Below are positions 1 to 10,070 of a stretch of DNA of 64,000 nucleotides, piece by piece. The notes under the pieces are model-generated. The model was not told the DNA's origin and searched no databases. It saw only the letters and a list, made by a program, of their open reading frames with translations. Source of the DNA: a bacterium (GTDB lineage: Bacteria; Patescibacteriota; Patescibacteriia; Patescibacteriales; UBA12465); the NCBI GenBank assembly GCA_021806615.1, contig JAJZRB010000002.1, positions 54,529-118,528 on the forward strand, read 5' to 3'. The translations under genes were made by a program, and so were the position numbers. How positions within the stretch are numbered: the first letter of the stretch is position 1; every line of letters starts with the position of its first letter.

Positions 1-360
1 ATAGTATCGGAAAAGAAGATCGCTCTTCCTCAGCCCGGAGAAAACGGCCAAGCTGGAGCATCTTTGGCGCAGAGTTTCCAGAAACAACGGGCGGCCGCTA
101 TCGATCTTATCTTGGCCGAAGGCTTGAATGAAGTATTCTTGAAGATGAATGCCCAAGAACAGAAAGAATTCCAGCGAAAAGGCGAAGAGACCGTAGTTAA
201 GATTAATGAATTATTAAGCCAGACCAAAGTTAAGGTCAATAAGATCATCGATCTGATCAAAGCTTGGTTGAAAATGATTCCCGGTATCAACAGATTCTTT
301 TTGGAACAAGAAGCGAAAATCAAGGCCGATAAAATATTACAAGTCAAGGATAAGTTTTGA
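1..360 (+). CDS. Hypothetical protein, 5' end outside the window
   Basis: Frame 1 is open from nt 1 to the TGA at 358-360, and the TTG at 64 is only the first in-window start. The stop overlaps the start region of the next gene (TTG 357 / ATG 363). The product is K/E-rich and helical with no recognisable motif. Confidence 0.5.
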   Translation: MVSEKKIALPQPGENGQAGASLAQSFQKQRAAAIDLILAEGLNEVFLKMNAQEQKEFQRKGEETVVKINELLSQTKVKVNKIIDLIKAWLKMIPGINRFFLEQEAKIKADKILQVKDKF

Positions 361-2849
361 TTATGTGGGAAATATCCGTTAATTTTGGTGATTTCATCCC
401 CTATGCCTTAGGTTTTATAGCAGTAGGTTTTTTACTGCTCGCTTTTTTTAATTTGGCGCGCTTGCTGCTAGCCCGTCGACGGTATTTCCCGCACCAGATC
501 TTTTTGATCCGTTTGCCCAAGGAAAAACCATCCGATGATAAGAAGGAAGAAAGCGTCCAGAGGCTCAAGGAAGAAATAGCCAAGGGGGAAACCCTCTTTT
601 CCGCTATCGGCGGCCTTAAGGCGCAGCGAGGCCTGAAATATTGGCTCTTGGGCCGGAGCGATCAATTCTCCCTGGAAGTAGTGGCCAGCCGGAATAAAAT
701 TTCTTTTTACGCCGTTTCCCCGAAGACTGCCGCGCGTTACCTAGAACAGCAGATCCATGCGCACTATCCGGAAGCGGTCATTGAAGAAGTAGAAGATTAT
801 AATTCTTTCAGCCTCCAGGGGCAGGTTGCCGCCGGTTATTTGCGGACTAATAAGAGTTTTGTTTTTCCTCTCAAGACTTATCAGAAGATGGAAGTAGATC
901 CGCTTAATTCCTTGATCAATATCTTGTCTAAATTAGATAAGGAGGAAAGCTTGGCCATCCAATATACGGTACGGAGCGCCCGGAGTTATTGGCACGCCCA
1001 ATCGCGCCGGGTCGCCGCTAAGATCATCCAGAAGAATTCAGTGAAGGAAGGCTTGAAAGCGGCCAGCTTATTGGGACGCTTATTGATTTTCGCCGGCGAT
1101 TTCTTGCAATTAGGCCATAAAGACAAGGCGAACCCGAATAATCCGCCAGCCGTTAAGAAGCTTTCGGCGATTGAAGAAGAAATGGTGAAGGCGATTGAAG
1201 AAAAGAATCTGAAGGCCGGGCTGGACGTCAATATCCGCGTTATCGCTTGCGCTAAAACCAAGGAGCAAGCTAATGTTTATTTAGAAAATGTCGGCAGCGC
1301 TTTCACCGAATATAATAATTACAGCTACGGAAACGTTTTTTCGCGTTTGCATAAAAATAATACGGACCGGACGATCAAGGATTTCATTTATCGCCATTTC
1401 CGGGAAAATATCGGTTTTCTTTTAAATAGCGAAGAATTGGCCAGCATCTTCCATCTGCCGCTCAGCACTACGGAAACTCCGAATATAAATTGGCTGACGG
1501 CGAAAATAGCCCCGGCGCCGGCTACTGTGCCGAACGAAGGGATATCGCTCGGTGAGAATGTTTATCGCGGCGTCAAGAGGGAAATCCGCATGAAACGGGC
1601 TGATAGGCGCCGTCATACTTATCTTATCGGTAAATCCGGCACCGGCAAATCAGTCCTTCTGGCTAATATGGCCATTCAGGATATCCAGAATGGGGAAGGG
1701 GTCTGTGTCCTTGATCCGCACGGCGATCTGATCTCGGATATCTTAGACCGTATTCCGCCGGAGCGAGCCGAAGACGTGATTATTTTTTCGCCGGGCGATT
1801 TGGAACGGCCGTTAGCGTTGAATTTACTGGAGTATGATCCGCGCTATCCGGAGCAGAAGAGTTTCGTGATTAACGAAATGATCGGTATTTTCGATAAATT
1901 ATACGATTTACGGGCGACGGGCGGGCCGATGTTCGAACAGTATATGCGTAATGCCATGTTGCTCATCATGGACGATCCGGAGAGCGGCTCTACTTTAATG
2001 GAGATCCCGAAAGTGCTGGCCGATGAAGAATTCCGGCGCTTTAAGCTAGGCCGTTGTAAAAACCAAACGGTCGTTGATTTTTGGCGGAAGGAGGCGGAAA
2101 AGGCCGGCGGCGAAGCGGCGCTTGCCAATATCGTCCCCTATATCACTTCCAAGCTGACCTCCTTTATCTCTAACGATATGATGCGGCCTATCATCGGACA
2201 GCAGAAGAGCGCTTTCAATCTGCGGGAAGTGATGGACAAGCAGAAAATTCTGCTGATAGACCTTCCCAAAGGCTTGGTCGGCGAGATGAACGCCTATTTG
2301 CTCGGCATGATCTTAGTCGGCAAGATTTTAATGGCCGCCTTGTCGCGGACCGATATGCCTAGCGAAACGCGCAAGGATTTTTATCTCTATATTGATGAAT
2401 TCCAAAATTTCACTACCAATTCCATCTGTCAGATATTGTCCGAGGCTCGAAAATATGCCCTGAACTTGATTATCGCCCACCAGTACATCGGCCAGCTGAG
2501 CAAGGGGCAGAATACGGAAATCAAAGATGCCGTTTTCGGCAATGTGGGGACTCTGGTCAGCTTCAAGATAGGTTCTGAAGACGCAGATTTCCTCGTCAAA
2601 GAATTCGCGCCCGTTTTTAACCAATATGACCTCATCAATATTGACAAGGGGACCGCTTATATTAAACTGCTAGTAGACAATAGTGCTACCCGGCCGTTTT
2701 CTTTGAAGACAGTTTGGCCGATATTAGGCGTAAAACAGCCGGAAATGGCGGCTAAGATCCGATCTTTAAGCCGTTTAAAATATGGTCAGAATGTCCGTTT
2801 AGTTGAGGCGGAAATCTCCCGGCGAGCAAAATTAGTTTCCGCCGCTTAG
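357..2849 (+). CDS. Membrane-anchored P-loop ATPase, TraG/VirD4 (type IV coupling protein)-like, FtsK/HerA superfamily
   Basis: N-terminal TM helix (FIPYALGFIAVGFLLLAFF). Walker A IGKSGTGKS, Walker B LYIDEFQNF, and a C-terminal IIAHQYIGQL block like the TraD/TraG C-terminal Q-x-x-Q-L region. ATG at 363 is a likelier start than TTG at 357. Confidence 0.75.
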   Translation: MIMWEISVNFGDFIPYALGFIAVGFLLLAFFNLARLLLARRRYFPHQIFLIRLPKEKPSDDKKEESVQRLKEEIAKGETLFSAIGGLKAQRGLKYWLLGRSDQFSLEVVASRNKISFYAVSPKTAARYLEQQIHAHYPEAVIEEVEDYNSFSLQGQVAAGYLRTNKSFVFPLKTYQKMEVDPLNSLINILSKLDKEESLAIQYTVRSARSYWHAQSRRVAAKIIQKNSVKEGLKAASLLGRLLIFAGDFLQLGHKDKANPNNPPAVKKLSAIEEEMVKAIEEKNLKAGLDVNIRVIACAKTKEQANVYLENVGSAFTEYNNYSYGNVFSRLHKNNTDRTIKDFIYRHFRENIGFLLNSEELASIFHLPLSTTETPNINWLTAKIAPAPATVPNEGISLGENVYRGVKREIRMKRADRRRHTYLIGKSGTGKSVLLANMAIQDIQNGEGVCVLDPHGDLISDILDRIPPERAEDVIIFSPGDLERPLALNLLEYDPRYPEQKSFVINEMIGIFDKLYDLRATGGPMFEQYMRNAMLLIMDDPESGSTLMEIPKVLADEEFRRFKLGRCKNQTVVDFWRKEAEKAGGEAALANIVPYITSKLTSFISNDMMRPIIGQQKSAFNLREVMDKQKILLIDLPKGLVGEMNAYLLGMILVGKILMAALSRTDMPSETRKDFYLYIDEFQNFTTNSICQILSEARKYALNLIIAHQYIGQLSKGQNTEIKDAVFGNVGTLVSFKIGSEDADFLVKEFAPVFNQYDLINIDKGTAYIKLLVDNSATRPFSLKTVWPILGVKQPEMAAKIRSLSRLKYGQNVRLVEAEISRRAKLVSAA

Positions 2850-2870
2850 TGTCTTAAATTTGAATCGCTT

Positions 2871-4535
2871 ATGTCTACTTTATACCGTGATTATCGTCCG
2901 CAGAACTTCTCCGAAGTGTTAGGACAGAATCACGTCAAAATTTCCTTGCAGCATGAAATCGCCGCCGGCCGGCCGGCCAGCGCTTATTTATTTTGCGGCC
3001 CGCGCGCTATCGGCAAGACCACTTTAGCCAGAGTTCTGGCCAAGGCCGTCAATTGCGAGAAAAGAAAAGCCGGGGAGTACGAGCCTTGCAATGAATGCGC
3101 CAGTTGCCGCAACATCACCGCCGGCAAGGATATGGATATTATTGAAATTGACGCCGCCTCTAATACCGGCGTTGATAATGTCCGGGAGAATATCATCGCT
3201 TTTTCGCGGCTGGCTCCGACCGGTAAAAAATTCAAGGTCTTTATCATTGATGAAGTGCACATGCTGTCTATGTCCGCTTTTAACGCCCTGCTCAAGATAA
3301 TAGAGGAACCGCCATCTTATGTCATCTTCATCCTCTGTACGACGGAAATACAAAAGGTGCCCAGCACTGTCATTTCCCGTTGCGAGCGCTATGATTTTAA
3401 GCGTATCAGCGTCAAAGAGATCGTCAAGAAGCTAAGCTATATTGCCAACCGGGAAAAAATAGAAGTTGACGGAGCGGTATTAGAGGCGGTGGCCCGTCGC
3501 TCTGGCGGGCATTTGCGCGACGCTGAAAGCTTATTAGGCCAGATCTTTTCGCTGGGCGACAAGAAGATAACGAGCGAACAAGCAGAATTAGTCATCCCTC
3601 ACTATAATAGCAATGAAGCGATAAGCATCCTGGACTATTTGAGCCATAAAGATGCGGCCAAGGCCGTAGAATTGGTCAATACATTGATGGATAGCGGCGT
3701 TAATGTGAAGGTTTTCATGGGAGAAATCATCAGCTTGCTCCGCCGCTTGATGCTGGACAAGCTGAATCCGGAAATGGCCGACAATCTCGGCTTGGATTTA
3801 GGAGAAAACTTAGAAAAACGCCTAAGGCTAGTGGCGGAAAATTTAGATTGGGAACAATTGTTCTTATTTACGCGCCGTTTCTTGGAAGCAGCTAATGATA
3901 ATAGAAGCTCGTTAATCCCGCAATTGCCCTTGGAATTAGCTATCGGCGAATTATGCTTCGGCTCGTCCCCTCTGGCCGTTAGTACCTCTTCCGATATCAA
4001 TCTACCCAAGAATCAGGCTCTTAAGGCCGTTAAGCCTAATATCCCGGGAACGCAAGCTCCGGCTTCGCCGGCTGTCGGTCGTAAGCCGCTCAGCTCTTCC
4101 CAGAACTTATCCTCGGAAGAAATTACAGCTAAATGGCCGGAATTTTTAGTGAAAATTAAGAAATATAATCATTCCTTATCATTCGTGCTGCAAAATTGCG
4201 AACCGCGAATCGTGAAAGACGGTAGTCTGTGCCTGGTTTTTAAATATAAATTCCATCGCGATCGCATCAACGACGCCAACATTAAGAGTATCGTAGAAAA
4301 TACCTTGGCTGAAGTTTTTGGGTCCGGTTTATGCTTAGAATCGATGATTGACGAGAATCTGGACTTAAATCGGGAAGAGAAGACGGCGGAACCGGCTAGC
4401 GTTTCCGCCTCTGAAATCCAAAGCCCCTTGCCCGAGCCGTCGCCCGAGGCTAAAGACGGAGACGGAGGAAAAGCGGCAAACCATAATTTAATGTCCGATC
4501 TCTTAAAGACTTTCGGCGGCGAAGTAATCAATTAA
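2871..4535 (+). CDS. dnaX: DNA polymerase III subunit gamma/tau
   Basis: N-terminal clamp-loader AAA+ motifs: YRPQNFSEVLGQ, GPRAIGKTT, a zinc module CEKRKAGEYEPCNECASC, IIDEVHML and SRC. Confidence 0.9.
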   Translation: MSTLYRDYRPQNFSEVLGQNHVKISLQHEIAAGRPASAYLFCGPRAIGKTTLARVLAKAVNCEKRKAGEYEPCNECASCRNITAGKDMDIIEIDAASNTGVDNVRENIIAFSRLAPTGKKFKVFIIDEVHMLSMSAFNALLKIIEEPPSYVIFILCTTEIQKVPSTVISRCERYDFKRISVKEIVKKLSYIANREKIEVDGAVLEAVARRSGGHLRDAESLLGQIFSLGDKKITSEQAELVIPHYNSNEAISILDYLSHKDAAKAVELVNTLMDSGVNVKVFMGEIISLLRRLMLDKLNPEMADNLGLDLGENLEKRLRLVAENLDWEQLFLFTRRFLEAANDNRSSLIPQLPLELAIGELCFGSSPLAVSTSSDINLPKNQALKAVKPNIPGTQAPASPAVGRKPLSSSQNLSSEEITAKWPEFLVKIKKYNHSLSFVLQNCEPRIVKDGSLCLVFKYKFHRDRINDANIKSIVENTLAEVFGSGLCLESMIDENLDLNREEKTAEPASVSASEIQSPLPEPSPEAKDGDGGKAANHNLMSDLLKTFGGEVIN

Positions 4536-4539
4536 ACAT

Positions 4540-5799
4540 ATGTTAGATATAAAACTGATCCGTAATAATTTAGAAGAAGTAAGAGCCGGACTCCTGAAAA
4601 GACTGCCGGCGGAAAAATTAGATTTGGACAAGATAATATCCTTGGACGATGAGCGCCGTGAACTGACTAAGGCGGTTGAAGCCTTGCAAGCTGAGCGCAA
4701 TAAATATTCAAAAACCAAACCGACGCCGGAAATTATCGCCGAAATGAAGCTGGTCGGAGAAAAGATCAAGGATTTAGAAGCGAAATTGAATTCAGTCGAT
4801 GCCGATCTGACGGAACGCCTTGCCTCGCTTCCTAATCTGCCGGCTCCGGATGTCGTCGCCGGCGGTAAAGAAAATAATGAGGTTATCTATACCTATGGCA
4901 AAGCGCCTAAGTTCAATTTTGTACCCAAAGACCACGTCACGCTGGCTAAGTCTTTGGATCTTATCGACTATGAGCGGGCGACCAAGATGTCGGGTAACGG
5001 CTTCTGGTGCTACCGCGGAACCGGAGCGCTTTTAGAATGGGCTCTTTTATCTTATTTCATCGATTTCCATACCCAGAATGGTTATAAATTCTTGATCCCC
5101 CCCTTCCTGTTAACGGAAAAATCCGCTTATACTTCAGGCCATCTGCCGAAATTCCGCGATGATCTGTTCTGGACGCAGGACGGCTTGTGCCTAAATGCCA
5201 CGAGCGAAATGATGCTTGGCAATTATCACCGTGAAGAGATCCTGCCGCTTGAAGAACTGCCTTATAAGTATTTCGCCTATTCGCCCTGTTTCCGACGGGA
5301 AGCCGGCAGTTATCGCCAAGAGGAGCGCGGCATGATCCGCGGGCACCAGTTCAATAAAGTGGAAATGTTTATTTTTTCCCGTCCGGAAAAATCCTGGGAA
5401 ATGTTCGCGGAGCTGGTCCGGCACGCTCAGAAGCTGGTAGAAGGGTTGGATCTGCACTTCCAGGTTTCGAAACTGGCGGCTGGCGACTGTAGCGCCGCCA
5501 TGGCTAAGACTTATGATCTGGAAATATTTATCCCGAGCATGGGCATTTATAAGGAAGTGAGCAGTATTTCTAACGCTCTTGATTATCAAGCTCGGCGCGG
5601 CCAGACCCGTTATAAGGATCCGGCGACCGGAAAAAATGAATTCGTCCACACCTTGAATGCTTCGGGACTAGCGACAAGCCGCCTTCTGCCGGCCATATTA
5701 GAACAGAATCAGCAGGCTGACGGCTCGGTTTTCATCCCGAAAGTGTTACGTAAATATCTGCCGCGCGGATTGAAAGCCATCAAGCCTAAGCAGCCTTAA
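4540..5799 (+). CDS. serS: Seryl-tRNA synthetase
   Basis: N-terminal coiled-coil arm (MLDIKLIRNN...). Class II core motifs FRRE, GMIRGHQFNKVE and TLNASGLATSRLL. Confidence 0.95.
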   Translation: MLDIKLIRNNLEEVRAGLLKRLPAEKLDLDKIISLDDERRELTKAVEALQAERNKYSKTKPTPEIIAEMKLVGEKIKDLEAKLNSVDADLTERLASLPNLPAPDVVAGGKENNEVIYTYGKAPKFNFVPKDHVTLAKSLDLIDYERATKMSGNGFWCYRGTGALLEWALLSYFIDFHTQNGYKFLIPPFLLTEKSAYTSGHLPKFRDDLFWTQDGLCLNATSEMMLGNYHREEILPLEELPYKYFAYSPCFRREAGSYRQEERGMIRGHQFNKVEMFIFSRPEKSWEMFAELVRHAQKLVEGLDLHFQVSKLAAGDCSAAMAKTYDLEIFIPSMGIYKEVSSISNALDYQARRGQTRYKDPATGKNEFVHTLNASGLATSRLLPAILEQNQQADGSVFIPKVLRKYLPRGLKAIKPKQP

Positions 5800-5809
5800 A
5801 ACCTTTACC

Positions 5810-7828
5810 ATGAAAAAGACGGTTATCGTTATCTTAATAGTGATCCTGCTTTGGCCGCTCGCTTCGCGGGCGGCGGTTTTAAAAAATACTTATCCGCGTC
5901 TCGCCAATTATTTTTTGAAATGGGAGATCAGCGACGCGGAGGTTCCCGAACTGGCCAGATGGGACCTGCTTATTTTAGATATGGAGAATCAGGCGACCAG
6001 CCGGGAGCAAATCTTGAAGATCCGGGAACTCAATCCGCGAGTGATCATCTTGGCTTATATAACCTCCCAAGAAATCCTGGATAACGTTGACGACTATAAT
6101 CAGGCTTATCTGCGGCAGGATCTGAATCGTAATATCTCTAGCGGCTGGTGGCTCAAAGACGCGCAGGGGAATAAGATTTCCAATTGGCCCTATACTTCGA
6201 TGCTCAATCTTTCAGACGGCGCTATTGCTAATCAGGCCGGCGAACGCTTCAATGATTATCTGCCGGAATTCGTCGTTAATAAGCTGAAGGCGAGCGGCTT
6301 ATGGGACGGAGTCTTCTATGATAATGCCTGGGGCGATGTCAGCTGGGTAAATTCCAAGACGCTGGACTTGAATAATGACGGAATCGCCGACAGCCCGGCG
6401 GCGGCTGATAAGCTGTGGTCCGATGGTTTCAAGAAGATGTTGGCGAAAACCAGGAGCCTGGCCGGGCCAGACTTCATCATTGTCGGAAACGGCCGAGTAT
6501 ATGGCGGCTATCAGCCTCTTTTGAATGGCATGATGCTGGAAGATTTTCCTTCCCCTTGGGAAAATGGCGGATCTTGGTCGGGTTCTATGCAGACTTATTT
6601 GAAATTGCCGTCCATGAATGCCAAGCCCTCTATTCCGATTATTAATATTTATAATAAAAATCAGGCTGATTACCGCTTGATGCGTTATGGCCTCGCCAGC
6701 GCGCTCCTAGGAGACGGCTTCTATAGCTATGATTATGATGTCACGAACCATGGACAGATCTGGTGGTATGATGAATATGCTTGGAATCTGGGGCCGGCCC
6801 AGTCGTCTCCTTATAATTTATTAGCTAGTTCCAGCCAAACGATTCTTCCTGGCCTTTGGCGACGTGATTTCAAGAATGGCCTAGCCATCGTTAATTCCAC
6901 TAGCAAGAAGCAGACTTATGTTTTTTATAAAGAGGAATTAGAAAAGATCAAAGGTCCGCAGGACCCGGCTATCAATAACGGCCAAAAGATAAATTATATT
7001 TCCTTGGCGCCCCAAGACGGCCTGGTCCTTTTAAAAAGAAGCACGCTTATAAAAAACGCTCCTTTCACTAACGGTTATTTTTTCCGGGTTTACAATCTTT
7101 ATGGCGAACAGTTGCGTAACGGTTTTTTTTCTTATGCTAGCGCTTTGCCCGGCGCCTCCGAAGTCATAGCGGCTTCCGGCAGCAACGACGGGGAAGCGGA
7201 TATCAACGTGAGCGCATCGGCCGGCCAGGTCAACTTGTATAAGAATGGCATCAGGATAGTTAGTTTCAGCCCTTATGATAGACTATATAAGAAACAATTA
7301 AGCTTAGCCGCTCAGCTGGATGACGGCTATTTCAAAAAGATAGTCGTCGGCGCCGGCTTAGGCGGCGGGCCGCAAGTCAGAGTCTTCACGCCCGCCGGCA
7401 AGTTGGAAGCCAGCTTTTTCGCTTATGACAAGAAATTACGAGGCGGAGTGAATGTCGCTTTAGCTGATTTAGACGGCGACGGCCAAGAAGAAATAGTCAC
7501 CGGTCCGGGCGCCGGCTCTGAACCGTTGATCAAGATCTTTTCTCTCGCCGGGCTGTTGAAGAAGAGCTTTTTAGCTTATGCCGCTGATTTCCGCGGCGGA
7601 GTGAACGTCGCCGCCGGCGATGTGAATGGTGATGGACGCGCAGAGATCGTCACGGCGCCGATGCCTGGCGGCGGGCCGCAAGTCAGGGTTTTCGACAATC
7701 AAGGCCGGGCGCTTAGCAGCTTTTTCGCTTATGACAAGAATTATCACGGCGGCCTGAAAGTAACGGTGAGCGATATCAATGACGACGGCCGATCAGAAAT
7801 TCTCACCGGTTTGAAAAATTTCTATTAA
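5810..7828 (+). CDS. Secreted protein: glycoside-hydrolase-like TIM-barrel N-domain plus C-terminal FG-GAP/VCBS repeats
   Basis: Signal peptide MKKTVIVILIVILLWPLASRA. The N-domain resembles GHL/GH114-type putative hydrolases (WDLLILDME, GVFYDNAWGD). The C-terminus carries repeated DxDGDG/DxNGDG-x-EIVTG Ca-binding FG-GAP motifs. Confidence 0.7.
   Translation: MKKTVIVILIVILLWPLASRAAVLKNTYPRLANYFLKWEISDAEVPELARWDLLILDMENQATSREQILKIRELNPRVIILAYITSQEILDNVDDYNQAYLRQDLNRNISSGWWLKDAQGNKISNWPYTSMLNLSDGAIANQAGERFNDYLPEFVVNKLKASGLWDGVFYDNAWGDVSWVNSKTLDLNNDGIADSPAAADKLWSDGFKKMLAKTRSLAGPDFIIVGNGRVYGGYQPLLNGMMLEDFPSPWENGGSWSGSMQTYLKLPSMNAKPSIPIINIYNKNQADYRLMRYGLASALLGDGFYSYDYDVTNHGQIWWYDEYAWNLGPAQSSPYNLLASSSQTILPGLWRRDFKNGLAIVNSTSKKQTYVFYKEELEKIKGPQDPAINNGQKINYISLAPQDGLVLLKRSTLIKNAPFTNGYFFRVYNLYGEQLRNGFFSYASALPGASEVIAASGSNDGEADINVSASAGQVNLYKNGIRIVSFSPYDRLYKKQLSLAAQLDDGYFKKIVVGAGLGGGPQVRVFTPAGKLEASFFAYDKKLRGGVNVALADLDGDGQEEIVTGPGAGSEPLIKIFSLAGLLKKSFLAYAADFRGGVNVAAGDVNGDGRAEIVTAPMPGGGPQVRVFDNQGRALSSFFAYDKNYHGGLKVTVSDINDDGRSEILTGLKNFY
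7075..7812 (+). repeat. In-frame tandem FG-GAP repeats (about 50 aa units) inside the 5810-7828 CDS
   Basis: Units end in DLDGDGQEEIVTGPG, DVNGDGRAEIVTAP and DINDDGRSEILTG. Two units share near-identical DNA: ggcggcgggccgcaagtcag at 7362 and 7669, and agctttttcgcttatgacaagaa at 7414 and 7720. Confidence 0.75.
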
Positions 7829-7841
7829 TAATTTTAAACAT

Positions 7842-8897
7842 ATGTTTAAGCTAATCCATCATTATATCCGCGGCCGCTGGGAGAGATATTATTTAAAGAG
7901 CCACTGGCATTTGATCCTGGATTTGTCCTTAAGCCTGCTCGTCGTCATCTTGGCCGGCGCCCTGTTCAGCCTCTATTACTATCGGCCCAATCTGCCGTGG
8001 CTCGGATCTTATAATCCGCCGACCGTTGACTTGAATAACCCGCCATTAGAAATTGATTATTCCGTCGCCACTTCCTCGGCCAAGATCCAAGACGGGACGA
8101 TCCTTCGGATAATATTTAAAAACAATGGCAATGCCGCCATCAATAATGTTAACATTGATTTTGCCACGGCCGATGATAATTTTGCCTTGAGCCGTTTGGA
8201 GCTAGATGATAATGATAATGGTAATCTGTCTTTAAATGGAAGAGAACTCGTTTTAAAACAAATCAAAGCCGGAACGAGCAGCGCGCTTACTTTGCGGATT
8301 TATTTCAGTCAGAAGAACCTGGCAGCGAGAAAAATAGAGTGGCAGGCGCAAAGCCAGTATTTTTTCGCCGGCCAGCTCCTGAAAGCTACGGTTAAATTAG
8401 CGCCTCTCACGACAGCCGCCGAACTGATCGCCAAGGAGGCGGCTTATTATACCAGTCCGCAGGGAGACCAATTAGGCATCGGCCCTATCCCGCCGATCGT
8501 CGGCATTCCGACGAATTATTGGATTTTTTTGGAAACTTCCGGTTCATCGGATTTCAAAGATATAGTTTTTAGCGCTTATTTGCCACAAGGGGTAGAACTC
8601 TCTAGCGGCCGTTCTTTACTGGCTGGAGAGTTCAGCTATAGCACGTCTTCGCGCCAGATCATCTGGAAGATCCCGGAATTGAAATCAGGCAATGGCAGCT
8701 ACCGTTTAGGCTTTGAAATCCAATTGATCCCGACCGCAGAACAAGAAGGCAAAGTCTTGCCGCTCCTTACGAATACCCGCTATTACGGCGAAGACGCTTT
8801 GACGGGCGATGAAGTCGGCGGAAAGCTGAAGCAATTGACGACTGATTTAGAAAGCGACCGTTTCAATTCCGGCCAAGGCCAAGTAGTTAAGCCTTAA
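7842..8897 (+). CDS. Hypothetical N-terminally anchored extracytoplasmic protein (beta-sandwich-like)
   Basis: One TM helix (LILDLSLSLLVVILAGALFSLYYY) followed by beta-rich sequence. There is a weak CARDB/DUF11-like feel (ILRIIFKNNGNAAINNVNIDF). No catalytic motif recognised. Confidence 0.55.
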   Translation: MFKLIHHYIRGRWERYYLKSHWHLILDLSLSLLVVILAGALFSLYYYRPNLPWLGSYNPPTVDLNNPPLEIDYSVATSSAKIQDGTILRIIFKNNGNAAINNVNIDFATADDNFALSRLELDDNDNGNLSLNGRELVLKQIKAGTSSALTLRIYFSQKNLAARKIEWQAQSQYFFAGQLLKATVKLAPLTTAAELIAKEAAYYTSPQGDQLGIGPIPPIVGIPTNYWIFLETSGSSDFKDIVFSAYLPQGVELSSGRSLLAGEFSYSTSSRQIIWKIPELKSGNGSYRLGFEIQLIPTAEQEGKVLPLLTNTRYYGEDALTGDEVGGKLKQLTTDLESDRFNSGQGQVVKP

Positions 8898-8900
8898 TTT

Positions 8901-10058
8901 ATGCTAGAATTTATCAGACGCTTGGTAAAACCCCGGTATAACACCCTGAATTATCTGGAGATCAAGGCCGATCGCTTATTAGCTAATTACGCTTATTTAC
9001 AGAGCTTGCAACCGGAGGCGGAAATTTTTCCAGTCTTAAAATCTAACGCTTACGGCCACGGATTAAAAGAAGCCTGCCTGATTTTGAATTCTTCTAAGGC
9101 CAAGATGGTAGCTGTTGATTCCTATCCCGAAGCTCAGATCGTCTACCGCTATTTTAGAGGCAAGGTGCTTATTCTGGGGGAGATGCCTCTTAGAGCCTAT
9201 GATTATTGCCGCTTAGAGCGCACTGAATTTGTGGTCTATAATTCCGCCACCTTGAAATATTTAGCCCGTTTCGGACGGAAGGCCAGAGTCCACCTCTTCG
9301 TCAATTCCGGCATGAACCGCGAAGGCCTCCAGGATATGTCCGCTTTTATCGCTAGCCATAAAGAATACCTGGATCGCGTACAAGTAAGCGGACTTTGTTC
9401 TCACCTGGCTTCAGCGGAAGAAAATTCTCCTCTCAACTCCCGGCAAGAAACTGTTTTTCGAGACTCTCTAAACGCTTTGCGCCAGGCCGGATTTTTCCCA
9501 CGTTGGGTCCATTTAGGAAATTCGGCCGCTATTTTCACGATGGACGATAAATTATTGACCGCCTTCCGCGCGGGCTTGTCCTTTTACGGCTATAGCCCCT
9601 TCGCCGATGATCCGGACGGGAACAGGGAAGCGGCAGCCAAGGCTTCTCGTTTGCGGCCGGCCCTGGAAGCTTATTCCCAGCTAGTCGCCGTCCAAGAATT
9701 GAAAGCCGGTGAAAGCGTTTCTTATAATGAAAGCTATCGCGCTCCATCGGATACTAGGATCGGCGTGATACCATTCGGTTATTTCGAGGGCTTGGATCGG
9801 CGCCTTTCTAACCAAGCCAAATTCTTAGTCCGGACCAAGGACGAAAACTTCTGGAGCGTCGTTGCCGGCAGGATCTGCATGAATCTGGCTTGCTTGGATC
9901 TGGACTCTCACGCCGCCTCCATAGGCGATCTGGTCCAGATAGTTTCCGCTCGGACGGAAGACCCTAATTCTATAACTAATCTAGCTCATCTGAGCGCCAC
10001 TATCCCTTATGAAGTTTTAGTAAGATTTCAGGCTAATATTAGAAGAAAAATTGTTTAA
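8901..10058 (+). CDS. alr: Alanine racemase
   Basis: PLP-lysine motif VLKSNAYGHG. C-terminal beta-domain with SYNESY and GRICMN, which is typical Alr. Confidence 0.9.
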   Translation: MLEFIRRLVKPRYNTLNYLEIKADRLLANYAYLQSLQPEAEIFPVLKSNAYGHGLKEACLILNSSKAKMVAVDSYPEAQIVYRYFRGKVLILGEMPLRAYDYCRLERTEFVVYNSATLKYLARFGRKARVHLFVNSGMNREGLQDMSAFIASHKEYLDRVQVSGLCSHLASAEENSPLNSRQETVFRDSLNALRQAGFFPRWVHLGNSAAIFTMDDKLLTAFRAGLSFYGYSPFADDPDGNREAAAKASRLRPALEAYSQLVAVQELKAGESVSYNESYRAPSDTRIGVIPFGYFEGLDRRLSNQAKFLVRTKDENFWSVVAGRICMNLACLDLDSHAASIGDLVQIVSARTEDPNSITNLAHLSATIPYEVLVRFQANIRRKIV

Positions 10059-10070
10059 TATCAGATAAAA

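Noticed and set aside
3221-3240. A-run (ggtaaaaaattc) in dnaX as a possible programmed -1 frameshift site producing a gamma subunit
   Set aside because: It lies at codon 118 or so inside the AAA+ module, not at the domain III/IV boundary. It is not the A-AAA-AAG heptamer and has no downstream hairpin.
4536-4539. T-box leaders upstream of serS and gltX
   Set aside because: The upstream spacers are only 4 nt (serS) and 39 nt (gltX, 15049-15087). These are far too short for a T-box.
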